Assembly: GCA_963799775.1 (NCBI GenBank)
Contig: CAWCYD010000002.1
Coordinates: 288,001 to 352,000, forward strand
Length of the DNA stretch: 64,000 nt
Direction: 5' to 3'
Origin: an uncultured archaeon
GTDB lineage: Archaea > Thermoproteota > Nitrososphaeria > Nitrososphaerales > Gagatemarchaeaceae
The notes beneath the pieces were generated by a model. That model ran no database searches. It was not told where the DNA came from and saw only the letters and a list, made by a program, of their open reading frames with translations. Both the position numbers and the translations under genes were made by a program. Of the stretch, positions 30,219 through 40,170 are shown one piece after another; the stretch's first letter is position 1, and every line of letters begins with the position of its first letter.

Positions 30219-30623
30219 TTGAAAGGGACCGACAACCTGGAGACAGTCCGCGCGTTCTTCGACGAGGTGATCAACTCCGGAGACGTCGATAGTATCCCGA
30301 GCTTCGTCAGCAGAGACGCCCTCGTCCCTCAGTCGATACCCGGACCAGAAGGGGTGAGAAGGCTCCTAGGCGAGTTGAGGGGTGCCTTCTCGGATCCCGA
30401 GTTCAAGGCGATGGACACCATATCGGACGGGGAGAAGGTGGCTGTGAGGCTATCGGGGAAGGCGACCCACACGGGGAAGTACCTGGGGCTCCCTCCGAGC
30501 GACAGAGTGCTCAAAATCTGGGGCGTGATGATCTTCAAGTTCGAATCGGGGATGATATCGGAGTTCTGGAGCCTGGTCGACGCACAAGGCATCCTCGCCC
30601 AGCTTCGCTCCCCGCCTCTCTAA
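30219..30623 (+). CDS. SnoaL-like ester cyclase
   Basis: NLETVRAFFDEVINSGD..AFSD..GEKVAVR..THTGKYLG..GMISEFW. Confidence 0.85.
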   Translation: MKGTDNLETVRAFFDEVINSGDVDSIPSFVSRDALVPQSIPGPEGVRRLLGELRGAFSDPEFKAMDTISDGEKVAVRLSGKATHTGKYLGLPPSDRVLKIWGVMIFKFESGMISEFWSLVDAQGILAQLRSPPL

Positions 30624-31438
30624 CCGCCCTTCGACCACGCCGCGCGGAATCCCTTGGATATCTGTAGGGGTGCCCCCCTCCATTTCAGCTTGGGGGCGAG
30701 AGAGACCACCTTTCCTATCACGATCACACAGGGTGCACGTATCGACTTGGCCGCGGCGGCGCCTTGTGCTGCCTCGCCCAAGGTCAAGAGGACGGTCCTC
30801 TGCCGTCCTGTGGTTCCCCATGTCGTGGCGGCCATCGGAGACTCCGGCTCTCGCCCTGACTCTAGCAGCCTTTTTGCCAGTTCTCTTACCCTCGCCGCTC
30901 CCATGAGGATCACAACGGAATCGGTCCCCCTGAGCGCCTTGGACCAGTCCTCCCTAGACTTTCCCCTCAGGTCGGACTCCCTGCCGGTCACTATGGTGAC
31001 GGACGAGGAGTGCTCTCGGTGGGTCAGCGGGATGCCTGCATATGCAGGGACGGCCATGGCCGAACTGACACCAGGAATGACCTCGAAATCTATCGAATGC
31101 TCGGCGAGAAATTCGGCTTCCTCACCGCCTCTCGAGAAGAGGAACGGGTCGCCTCCCTTTAGCCTGACCACCCTCTTCCCTTCCCTCGCCTTTTGCAGCA
31201 TCAACTCGTTCAACTTCTTCTGCTCCTTCTCAGAGTCAGAACCAGGATCCTTCCCTCCATAGATCCGCTCGGTCTTCTTCGGCAGCAAGCCCAGGATCTC
31301 AGCGCTGACGAGCCTGTCGTAGACGACGACGTCCGCCTGCTTTATCCTGTCCATCGCAGCGAGGGTGAGAAGACCGGGTGCTCCAGGCCCCGCGCCCACG
31401 AGGCTGACCTTCCCTTTCTTGTTATTCCCCTTGGCCAT
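30620..31438 (-). CDS. cobA: Uroporphyrinogen-III C-methyltransferase (SUMT)
   Basis: VSLVGAGPG, VVRLKGGDPFLFSRGGEE, IPGVSS, AGIPLTHR. Confidence 0.96.
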   Translation of the reverse strand: MAKGNNKKGKVSLVGAGPGAPGLLTLAAMDRIKQADVVVYDRLVSAEILGLLPKKTERIYGGKDPGSDSEKEQKKLNELMLQKAREGKRVVRLKGGDPFLFSRGGEEAEFLAEHSIDFEVIPGVSSAMAVPAYAGIPLTHREHSSSVTIVTGRESDLRGKSREDWSKALRGTDSVVILMGAARVRELAKRLLESGREPESPMAATTWGTTGRQRTVLLTLGEAAQGAAAAKSIRAPCVIVIGKVVSLAPKLKWRGAPLQISKGFRAAWSKGG

Positions 31439-32111
31439 CGGCGTTCGCCTCTCGGAGCATCTTCTCCGCCAGTTCTCGTGCGGCTGGATAATCCTTGTTT
31501 CTGAGAAGGGTCCCCGATCCGCTCGTCGTGTATCAGTCTGTAGGCGAACTCTTTCCTTGATTCAGGGTCCTTCAGCTGCTTCTTCCACGTCTTACGGATG
31601 TGCCCTTGCAACTTGACCTGAAGCACGTCTTCCGGACCCAATGACCTCTCGAGCTTTCCCCGGATGATGGATGCCATCGCCGGGCTCTTCCCCCCCGTCG
31701 AGACGCCGATTCTCACGTCTCCAACCTTTGCCATCGCGGGCATGTTGAAGTCGTTCAGCCTGGGGTCGTCGACGACGCAGACTATCGCGCTCTTGGCGCC
31801 TGACGATCTGGCGGTCCTAGCGAGCTGCTCGTCAAGGCGAGAGTCGCCCGTCGAGATGAATATCACTCGAGGCTGCTTCTTCTCGATGAGTCTCCTCAGA
31901 TTGGCAGGGGTCTCTTCGCCCTCTACCAGCGTCACCCTCCCTCTCTTCTGCGACGCGAGCCTCCGGAGCGCCGGAGTGAAGGTCTTGCCCAGGACGGTCG
32001 TCCTTGCGTTGGCCTCGACCAGCTTGAGGGCCTTGAACTCGGGCTCCCTCCCTTCGCCGACTACGACCGCCTCTTTTCCGTCGAGGACGAGGTCTATCAG
32101 CAGGGTCTCAT
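31422..32111 (-). CDS. sirC: Precorrin-2 dehydrogenase/sirohydrochlorin ferrochelatase (CysG N-terminal/SirC-like); indels
   Basis: LIDLVLDGKEAVVVGEG, VVDDP..DFNMPA, IGVSTGGKSPAMA. Confidence 0.88.
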
Positions 32112-33028
32112 CGACCCCTCGCAGCGAAGTAGGCCGAGAGGGCGTTCATCATCGCGCCCATCGCCGAGATCTCAGGCACGACTTGGACCTCCACGCCCAG
32201 ACCTTCCAGTTCCTCTTTGGTCGATGTCCCAACTGCCACGACCACGATCTTCCTCTCTTTGAGGCCCTCGAGCAGCTTCTCCTCGAGCCCGTGTTCGGCC
32301 GCTATCTCAAACAGGTTGCTCGCAGCTGGTGGGCTCGTGAACGTGACCGCGTCTATCTTTCGTGACCCGAGTGTTATCTCCTCTATCAGTCGAAGCACCT
32401 CCTCCTCTTGCGGCGCTTTGAACTTGAATCCCATCGAGCCGAGCACTCCTGCCTCCTCCGCGCCGAGCCCCCGCGAGTAGTGATAGGACAAGCACTCGAC
32501 CACGCCCCTCGCCCCGGCGGCGCGAAGCGCGCTGCCCGTGTGGTCGTTCCTGGAACCGTGCCAGAGTATCGCCACGGTCTTCCCCGAGATGCCTCTGTCC
32601 GACATGAGCTTCACGATCCCGTTGGCGGTCGCCTCCTCCCTGGGCGGAGATGCGTCGACCTTGACGCCCTGCTTCGCGAGCTCTCCCCTCGGCTTGCCGC
32701 TGCGGGCGACGACGACCGTCCGACTCTTGTTCAGGGAATCCAACACCGCCTGCCTCATTCCCAGCCTCTCCGCTGCCAGCATCATGGTGCGCACACCCGT
32801 CGCGGTCATGAAGACGGCGTAGTCGACTCCTGCCGGAGATGTCAGAGCCTTCAGGAAGGGTTCGACCTCAGAGTCCGTGGCCGGCAGGCTGATCCCGACG
32901 GTCGGGACCACATAGGGCACACCCCCAAGGTTCGTGACAAGCGCAGATTGCTCCCCCGCCCTGCGGCTGCCCGTGACGACTACGGTCAGTCCTTCTAGGG
33001 GCTTGGAAGTCGACTGCGCTTCTTTCAA
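32108..33028 (-). CDS. hemD: Uroporphyrinogen-III synthase (siroheme operon copy)
   Basis: PLEGLTVVVTGSRRA, FMTATG, IDAVTFTSPPA. Confidence 0.88.
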   Translation of the reverse strand: MKEAQSTSKPLEGLTVVVTGSRRAGEQSALVTNLGGVPYVVPTVGISLPATDSEVEPFLKALTSPAGVDYAVFMTATGVRTMMLAAERLGMRQAVLDSLNKSRTVVVARSGKPRGELAKQGVKVDASPPREEATANGIVKLMSDRGISGKTVAILWHGSRNDHTGSALRAAGARGVVECLSYHYSRGLGAEEAGVLGSMGFKFKAPQEEEVLRLIEEITLGSRKIDAVTFTSPPAASNLFEIAAEHGLEEKLLEGLKERKIVVVAVGTSTKEELEGLGVEVQVVPEISAMGAMMNALSAYFAARGR

Positions 33029-33068
33029 CTCGACGCCGATTCTTGAGCCCGGAGTATTTGCCTCTTCC

Positions 33069-34996
33069 TTATGGCCTGCCGGTCCTTGACAGGCTCTGGT
33101 TGAGGTAGAACGGGTCGGTCGTGGGAAGAGGGTTAGCGAACGTCTTCTTCATGAGCTCTGCAGTGTCAGGGTGGGACTTCAGGAACTCCACTATCCCCTC
33201 GAGGCCCACCCGCCTGAAGAAGTATCCCATCTGCCCGGGCTTGCTCAGCTCCTCTTCGTTGCCCTTGGATATGTAGAACTCGAAGAGCGCGTTCGTAACC
33301 TTTGGGACGTCCTTCCGAGGGACCATGCGCATGTAGATCAGGTGGGTCTTCGGGTCGTGGATGTATCCCCCCTGGTGCCTCCCGTCCTCCGTCCCACCGA
33401 GCTTCAGCGCATATAGGTTGAAGCCTGTGCCCATCCACCCGATCGTCTTTGTCGCGGGCCTGAAGCACTGCCTCTCGCACCCAGTTATCCCGATCGACTC
33501 GTGCATCTCCCCCCACTTTACGTCCAACTCGTCAAGAAGCTGTGGCTCGAACTTCTCGGAATCAGTGTAGGTGAGCCTGCAGGTGTCTCTGCCCACACAA
33601 GAACCTGAGAGGAGCCTGAGGGTGGTGTATTGCTTGCCGTTCCTTCCCCCATAGCCGAAGCCCTTCATCGCCTGGATGAACTCGTCCTTCTGCGACTCCT
33701 CCAACCCCCCGAACAAGAGGTCCTGGTTCGGTGTCACGTAGAGCATTATCTGCGGATAGCTCTCCGTAAGCTTCCTGACCATCGACTTTAGGTTCCCGCC
33801 AGGCACGTGGTCGATGATCCGTCCGGTCTCGATGTAGGCCCCATAGCACCACTTGTCGTCCGTCTCTTGGTGCAGCCATCCGTAGTGCATCCTCCTGGGC
33901 CCGGGTCGAAGTCCTCTTGGGGCAGTTCAAGGTCGACTCCCCTCGCCTTGACCTGGGTCCTATACCATGGGATCCCCATCTTGAATATCACGTATTTCAT
34001 GCGTGCCCAGTTCCTGTTCTTTCTGTCTCCCCACTCCTGATGGACACCGACGATCGCGTCGAGCGCCTTCATGAGATGCTCCTCACCTGTAGCGATGCCG
34101 AGAGGCAGCGCGAAGTTCGCGAACGTGGCCTGGCCTGACTTTTCCCCCTCGCTCCCGCCGATGAAGATCTGGAACCGCTCCACCTTGCTACCTCCGTCAA
34201 GCATGGGGACCACCCCGATGTCGTCGGTCCTCACCTCGACGCAGTTGTCCGGGATGTATTCCCCGGTCTTCTCGTCCCTGTCAACGCCCGCTATCGAGAT
34301 CTTGAACTTCCTGTTGAGCAGTCTGTCGCCATATTCGAACTTCTCGCCGGTCTTCCGATCGTCCCGTACGTACTTCGGGTCGATCTCGAATATCTCGATG
34401 TAGCTCGAGGTGGGGAGGCGGAAGTATCTCGCGGCCTTTTCCGCGAAGGCCGTCGCGTTGAAGTACTTTGAGTATGAGGAGAATGGGCAGGCCACAAAGT
34501 TCCTCACGTTGTCTCCGCAGCCGTTGAGCGTGTAGAACCCCGAACTCGCAATCTCCTTCATTGCAGGGATGACGTCCTCCTTCTTGATCCAGTGGAGCTG
34601 CACCGCCTGCCGGGTGGTGAGTCTCAGAGATGGCTCCGGCTTTCCGGTGTAGGAGCTCGAAGACGTGTACTTGGTGGCGACGTCGTCGAGGATCGCCCAC
34701 TGTCTCGCGTTCATGGGTCCTCCGCTGGGGATGGCGATCCTGAACATGTACATCCACTCCTTCTCCTCGCCGGTCTTCGCCCTGTTGAAGTCGGTGTATA
34801 TCCCGTAGGACTTTGCCAGCGCCTCCGCCACGTCGGGAAGGTCTCCAAAGCTCGTGTCCTTGAATTGATGAGCGACGTTGGCCGGACTGTTGATGTCCTT
34901 GATGACCATCGTCAGGCCCTTGGTCGCCAGCTTGGCCTTTTCGTTGCCGGACCAATCTTCCTGAGGAGTATGGAGTGAGGGTTCGATGTCTGTCAA
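33069..34996 (-). CDS. sir: Siroheme-[4Fe-4S] sulfite (nitrite) reductase; indel near 33895
   Basis: RLTTRQAVQLH, CGDNVRN, RKFKI, ARMKY, SCVGRDTC and TGCERQC cluster ligands. Confidence 0.92.
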
Positions 34997-35032
34997 AATC
35001 GCCCAGATGCCTCCGCCTATGCGCTTGGAAGC

Positions 35033-35164
35033 CTACACATAACACCAGCTCTTCAGGCGCTCGACTACCTCTTGACCCAGGACTACCTCTTCGGCTTTGG
35101 CCTTGTCCTCGGCCGAGCTCTTGGCAGTCGCAGTCGCTCGCGCATGGGAGCCTGTGATCTTCAC
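35033..35164 (-). CDS. Unannotated 43-aa peptide leading the sulfite reductase operon
   Basis: GTG..TAG open frame MKITGSHARATATAKSSAEDKAKAEEVVLGQEVVERLKSWCYV; TTAAATA TATA-like box about 24 nt upstream. Confidence 0.55.
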   Translation of the reverse strand: MKITGSHARATATAKSSAEDKAKAEEVVLGQEVVERLKSWCYV

Positions 35165-35194
35165 AAGCGCGAAACCGGCTTTGTGATTATTTAA
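35161..35194 (-). promoter_or_regulatory. sir operon promoter with TCACAA-N14-TTGTGA palindrome
   Basis: Inverted repeat at 35161-35166/35181-35186, between the TATA-like box (35188-35194) and the start. Confidence 0.5.
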
Positions 35195-35379
35195 GGCGGG
35201 CTGTCTGGAATATGAGCATACGAATAGTCAGAAGGGAATGAAAATTACCCAAGCGGATATAATGCAGGGTCAGTCTCGCGAGGGAAACGTGGACGCGGCG
35301 TCTGTGACTCCTTTGACTCCCAAGACCGCTGATGCTAACAAGCGTTAAATAACAATCAGCGGGGGTCGTTTTTGCTTTA

Positions 35380-36690
35380 TTGAAGTCCACTCTGGTCGAG
35401 CAACCGGAGACCCCTTCCCCGTCTGAAGGCAGAAGCTCCGAGGCTAAAGACGATCCGGCTCTCAGAGGAAATTCGAGCCGTCGAGGAGCGACGAGGACAT
35501 CCTCGGTCATCTTGTTTGGAACCTCCTTCAAGACGTCCCCGCTGGCTTTCAGGGAGGGGTTGATCTCTCGCCTCGACCGCGATTCTGCGAAGCTGCCCAA
35601 GGTGTTGGCTGTCAGGGAGTATGCCCAACTTGTCACCTGCAACAGGATAGAGATTCTAGTATCGACTCACTCCCTATGGCGCTCCGAGCAGGCCTTCATG
35701 CGATGGCTCTCGAAGACGCCCGGGCTGAAGCCAGGTTTCGTCTACAGCCACAAAGGCGTGGACGCGATAGGCCACATCTTCAGGGTCGCGGCAGGTCTCG
35801 ACTCGATGGTCCTGGGAGAGGAGCAGATCCTGTCGCAGGTGAAAGAAGCGGGGATTGCCGCGCGAACCGCGAAGTCCTCTCGGGGCAGCCTCTCGGCGCT
35901 CTTTGACGCATCAGTGGGAGTAGGGAAGAGAGTGCGCGCGGGCCTGAGACAACCAAACGTCTCCGTCAGCTCGATGGCGTTGAGCTTCGCTTTGGGACGG
36001 CTGCCCGAAGAACCTCGGAACGTATTACTCATCGGGACCGGGAAGACGACGAGGTTAGCGGCGAGCCAACTTCGCAACTCAAAGCTCTATTTCGTGACAC
36101 GGAGAGCTTCTTTCCCGTCCTTCTCCAACGCAGTCCTGGTCACGCAAAGAGACTTGAGGCGAGTCGCCTCGAAATGTGAGCTCATTGTCTCGGCGACCAA
36201 ACACGACGGATATCTCCTGAAGAAGGGCGATCTTGATTCCAAGGGGCACGTGATACTTGACCTGGCCTTCCCGCGGAACGTCGACCCAGATCTCAACAGT
36301 GGTTCGACCCAGGTCTACAACCTAGACGATCTGGCCAAGGTCTTCGAGTCTAACCCACGGGAAGGTCACGACGCGAGGCTGGCCGAAGAGCTTGTGCGCG
36401 AGGAGGCCGAGAGCTTCGCGCGGTGGCTTCTCGCTAGCCGTCAGTCGTCGATGCTCGGTCAAGTCTACCGGTGGGCCGAGAACGTTCGGAAGGAGGAGGC
36501 GGGGGCCGCCCTCAGGCGACTGCCGAACCTTTCCGAGAGGCAGAAGATCGTCGTCGAGGCGATGAGTAAGAGATTGGTGAGCAAGCTCCTCTCGCCGCCC
36601 ACGGCCTTTGCAAAGTCGTCTAGCCCCGAGCTCCCTCAGGACCAGCGTCTCGACCTGGTAAAACGCATCTTCGACCAGAGGCGAGAGTGA
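35380..36690 (+). CDS. hemA: Glutamyl-tRNA reductase
   Basis: TCNRIE, GLDSMVLGEEQILSQVK, LLIGTG, DLAFPRNVD. Confidence 0.95.
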   Translation: MKSTLVEQPETPSPSEGRSSEAKDDPALRGNSSRRGATRTSSVILFGTSFKTSPLAFREGLISRLDRDSAKLPKVLAVREYAQLVTCNRIEILVSTHSLWRSEQAFMRWLSKTPGLKPGFVYSHKGVDAIGHIFRVAAGLDSMVLGEEQILSQVKEAGIAARTAKSSRGSLSALFDASVGVGKRVRAGLRQPNVSVSSMALSFALGRLPEEPRNVLLIGTGKTTRLAASQLRNSKLYFVTRRASFPSFSNAVLVTQRDLRRVASKCELIVSATKHDGYLLKKGDLDSKGHVILDLAFPRNVDPDLNSGSTQVYNLDDLAKVFESNPREGHDARLAEELVREEAESFARWLLASRQSSMLGQVYRWAENVRKEEAGAALRRLPNLSERQKIVVEAMSKRLVSKLLSPPTAFAKSSSPELPQDQRLDLVKRIFDQRRE

Positions 36691-37612
36691 TGGTCCTCCT
36701 GACCGTGAGGATCGGCGCGCGTTCCAGCAAGCTCTCAAAGGCACAGGCTTCCATCGTCTCGGGCCTACTCAAAAAGACCTCGGCGGACGAGCTCGAACTC
36801 GAGTTCGTCGCGGTCAGCACCCTGGGCGACCGACTTGTCGCGTCCAAGAAAGATCTTGGCAAGGCGGGGGCGAAGGGAGCGTTCACGGGGGACTTGGAGA
36901 CGATGCTCTTGGAGCGAAAGATCGATATCGCGATACACAGCATGAAGGACCTCCCAAGCCAGGAAAGCGATGGGCTGGAGATTGGGGCGACCCCGGCAAG
37001 GACGGACCCCAGAGACGTCCTTGTCACACGGAAGGGCGAAACGATGACGACGCTTCGGAGGAACGCGAAGATCGGAACGAGCAGTCTCCGAAGGAGGGCA
37101 CAGCTCTTGAGGCTCAGGCAGGACCTGAAAATCGTAGAACTTCATGGAAACATCGACACCCGTCTCCGAAAGGTCGAAGAGAACGCCGAAGGTCTTGACG
37201 GGCTTGTAGTCGCATCAGCTGGTCTGCACCGACTGGGAGAAGCCGCGAGGATCTCCCAGACCTTCTCCATCGACGAGATGGTGCCCGCCGTGGGTCAGGG
37301 GATAATCGCCGTCCAGATGAGGAAGAGGCACCCGACATTGAGGCTCTTATATCCAAGATCGACGACGAGACCACAAGGCTCGAGTCCCGATGCGAGCGAG
37401 CGTTCGCCAAGAGGCTCGGTGCCGACTGCAATGTTCCCGTTGGAGGTTGCGCCCGGGTCTCGGGAGAGAGGATCGAGATCTTTGGGATGCTCGCGAACGA
37501 CGACGGGAGCGGGCTGAGGCGTAAGTCCTCTGCCGGACGCAAGGGCGAGGCTGCCGAGCTTGGGAGGAAACTGGCTGAGGAGCTCCTTGCGGAAAGAGGA
37601 GCAGCATCTTGA
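36687..37612 (+). CDS. hemC: Porphobilinogen deaminase (indel near 37330)
   Basis: IGARSSKL, AIHSMKDLP, IGTSSLRR, GNIDTRLRK, PAVGQG. Confidence 0.95.
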
Positions 37613-38401
37613 AAGCGCAGATCGAGACGGGCCGAAGGATCTCGAAGGTCGTCATAACGAGATCGAGCAAGGGGAACAGAGATCTTGCCGAGAAGCTACG
37701 GTCCCGTGGTTTCGAGCCTGTCCCTATCGAGACCATAGAATTCCTGCCTCCGAAAGGCTGGTCTCTCGTCGACTCTAGCCTCCGCGCCCTGAGCGAGTTC
37801 GACTGGGTGGTCTTCACATCGGGGACGGGCGTGAGTTTCTTTGCATCAAGGATGGAAAGCCTCTCTATCCCTCTGGCATGGCGAGCCAAGCCATTCGTCG
37901 CAGCGATCGGAGAGAAGACCAGTGAGGAACTTCAAAAGGTCGGAGTGAGGGTCGACTTCGTCCCGTCCAGTTACACCACTAAGACCCTCGCGGACGAGCT
38001 TCCTAGGGGCCAGGGAAAGAGAGTTCTGATATTGCGGGCAGACATAGGCAGTCCTGGATTCGTTCCAAGGCTGGAAAGAAACGGCTTCCAAGTGAACGAA
38101 GTGGTGATCTACAGGCACCTCCACGGTCATCGAGGAGGGAGTCGAGGAGGCGCTTGAAGGTGCGGATGCGATGATTTTGGCGAGTCCTTCAGCGGTTGGC
38201 GCGCTAATGAGGAACATCGGCACGATCGAGAGCAGAGACTCAATCTTGGCGAGGATCCCCGTCTTTTGCATCGGACCGGTGACGGCAGACGCCGCGAAGA
38301 AAGAAGGGTTCGAGCACGTCCTCACCTCGAGGACGCAGACGATAGAAGGAGTCCTGGGGCTGCTAGAGTCCAAGGCCGGGGAGGGTGACAAGGATTGCTA
38401 G
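37609..38401 (+). CDS. hemD: Uroporphyrinogen-III synthase (heme operon copy; indel)
   Basis: VITRS, FDWVVFTS, AAIGEKT, LASPSAV, CIGPVT. Confidence 0.9.
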
Positions 38402-39396
38402 AGGAACGCGGGTTCTCGGGAAGAAGGAACGATGAGAGACTGCGCAGACTCAGGCGGACCGAGACGATTCGGGAGCTGGTCAAGGAGAACCGGGTGCATC
38501 CCTCCAGCCTCATGGCTCCGGTCTTCGTCAGAGACGGAGCACGGATAGTGGAACCGATAGACTCTATGCCTGGTATCTTCCGCTATTCTGTCGACAGAGT
38601 ATCCGATTACGTTGGCAAGCTGGCGGAGGAGGGCGTCAGGTCGGTGTTGCTTTTCGGTCTTCCGGACACTAAGGACGAGTCAGCGAGCCAGGCATACGCG
38701 AGCGAAGCCGTTGTCCCTCGGGCGATAAGGGAGCTGAAGAGTCATTTCCAGTCGGTCATCGTCGCGGCAGACGTCTGCCTCTGCGAATACACCTCGAACG
38801 GCCACTGCGGGGTGATGGAAAATGGAAGCGTGAGCAACCGGAAGACCCTACCTTTGCTTTCCAAGGCCGCTCTCGAATACGCCGATGCGGGTGCAGACAT
38901 CGTCTGCCCCAGCGCGATGATGGACGGCCAGGTGATGGCGATACGAGCGGCGCTGGATCAGTCCAGACGCGAGGATTGCCTCGTCATGGGTTATTCCGCA
39001 AAGTACGCCTCTTCTTTCTACGGGCCTTTCAGGGATGCCGCCAACTCCGCTCCTGCCTTTGGCGACAGGAGAGGCTACCAGATGAATCCAGCGAACGTGA
39101 GGGAGGCGATGAGGGAGATCGATTCGGACATCCGAGAGGGAGCCGACATCGTGATGGTGAAACCCGCGTTGGCATGTCTGGATGTCATAAGCAAGGCGAG
39201 GGCAAGGTTCGACATCCCACTGGCGGCTTACAGCGTGAGCGGAGAATACGCGATGATAAAGGCGGCGAGCGAGAAAGGCTGGCTGGACGAGAAGAGCGCG
39301 GCGATGGAGGTCACGATGGCGATAAAGAGGGCGGGAGCGGACGTCATAATCTCCTACTTCGCCGAGCAGCTGGCGATCTGGCTGAGAGAGGACTAG
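38395..39396 (+). CDS. hemB: Porphobilinogen synthase (Zn type)
   Basis: DVCLCEYTSNGHCG, SAKYASSFYGPFRDA, MVKPA. Confidence 0.97.
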   Translation: MLEERGFSGRRNDERLRRLRRTETIRELVKENRVHPSSLMAPVFVRDGARIVEPIDSMPGIFRYSVDRVSDYVGKLAEEGVRSVLLFGLPDTKDESASQAYASEAVVPRAIRELKSHFQSVIVAADVCLCEYTSNGHCGVMENGSVSNRKTLPLLSKAALEYADAGADIVCPSAMMDGQVMAIRAALDQSRREDCLVMGYSAKYASSFYGPFRDAANSAPAFGDRRGYQMNPANVREAMREIDSDIREGADIVMVKPALACLDVISKARARFDIPLAAYSVSGEYAMIKAASEKGWLDEKSAAMEVTMAIKRAGADVIISYFAEQLAIWLRED

Positions 39397-39411
39397 CGAG
39401 GAGACAGAGAG

Positions 39412-40141
39412 ATGGAAGAGCACGCGACCGTCAGAACCGAGGAGACTAAAGGGGAGACGCGGTTCCTAAAGTACACTTTCTTCAAGGTAGCAAGGGATTG
39501 GCGACTCCTCGCGGAAGGGGAGAAAAAGTCAGCACGGGAGGAGCTGGTCTCTCTTCTCGGCAAGCACGAATCGACGATGAAGCTCCAGCTCTTCTCTCTC
39601 GTGGGGATCCGCGGAGACACGGATTTCCTCATCCTGGCCGAGTCGAATGGACCTCGACCTGTTCCAGGAGCTCGTCTCGGGCATCCTCGCGACCCGGATA
39701 GGAGGTTACCTGGACGTCCCATACTCGTACCTGGCGATGACCAGGCGCTCGCACTATCTTGGGTCGCACAAACACCCCGGACAGGAAGGGGCCCGAATAG
39801 AAGTGAACGAGACTAGCAAGTCCAGGTACATCTTCGTCTATCCATTCATCAAGAAGCGCACCTGGTACGCATTGCCCTTCTCAGAGCGCCAGAGGATGAT
39901 GGCAGAGCACTTCAAGGTCGGCCACAAGTATCCCATGGTCAAGATCAACACTGGATACTCGTTCGGGATCGACGACCAGGAGTTCGTGCTGGCGTTCGAG
40001 GCCGACGACCCAGCGGACTTTTTTCGGCCCTCGTCGAGGAGCTCATGGACCTCGGAGGCGAGCATGTACACGGAGCTGGAGACGCCCATCTTCACTTGCG
40101 CGAGGACCGATGCCGCGCGGCTCCTCGAGCTCCTCGGCTGA
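39412..40141 (+). CDS. chdC: Chlorite dismutase family protein, probable coproheme decarboxylase (indels)
   Basis: FVYPFIKKRTWY, RMMAEH, YSFGIDDQEF; located inside the hem operon. Confidence 0.85.
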
Positions 40142-40170
40142 AATAACCAGACTGGCATCGGGGTTAGAAC

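Noticed and set aside
33069-34996. Dissimilatory sulfite reductase DsrAB
   Set aside because: Single-chain assimilatory Sir/Nir architecture; no dsrC or aprAB in the window
39412-40141. True chlorite dismutase for chlorate respiration
   Set aside because: Position within the hem operon beside hemE and hemH indicates coproheme decarboxylase
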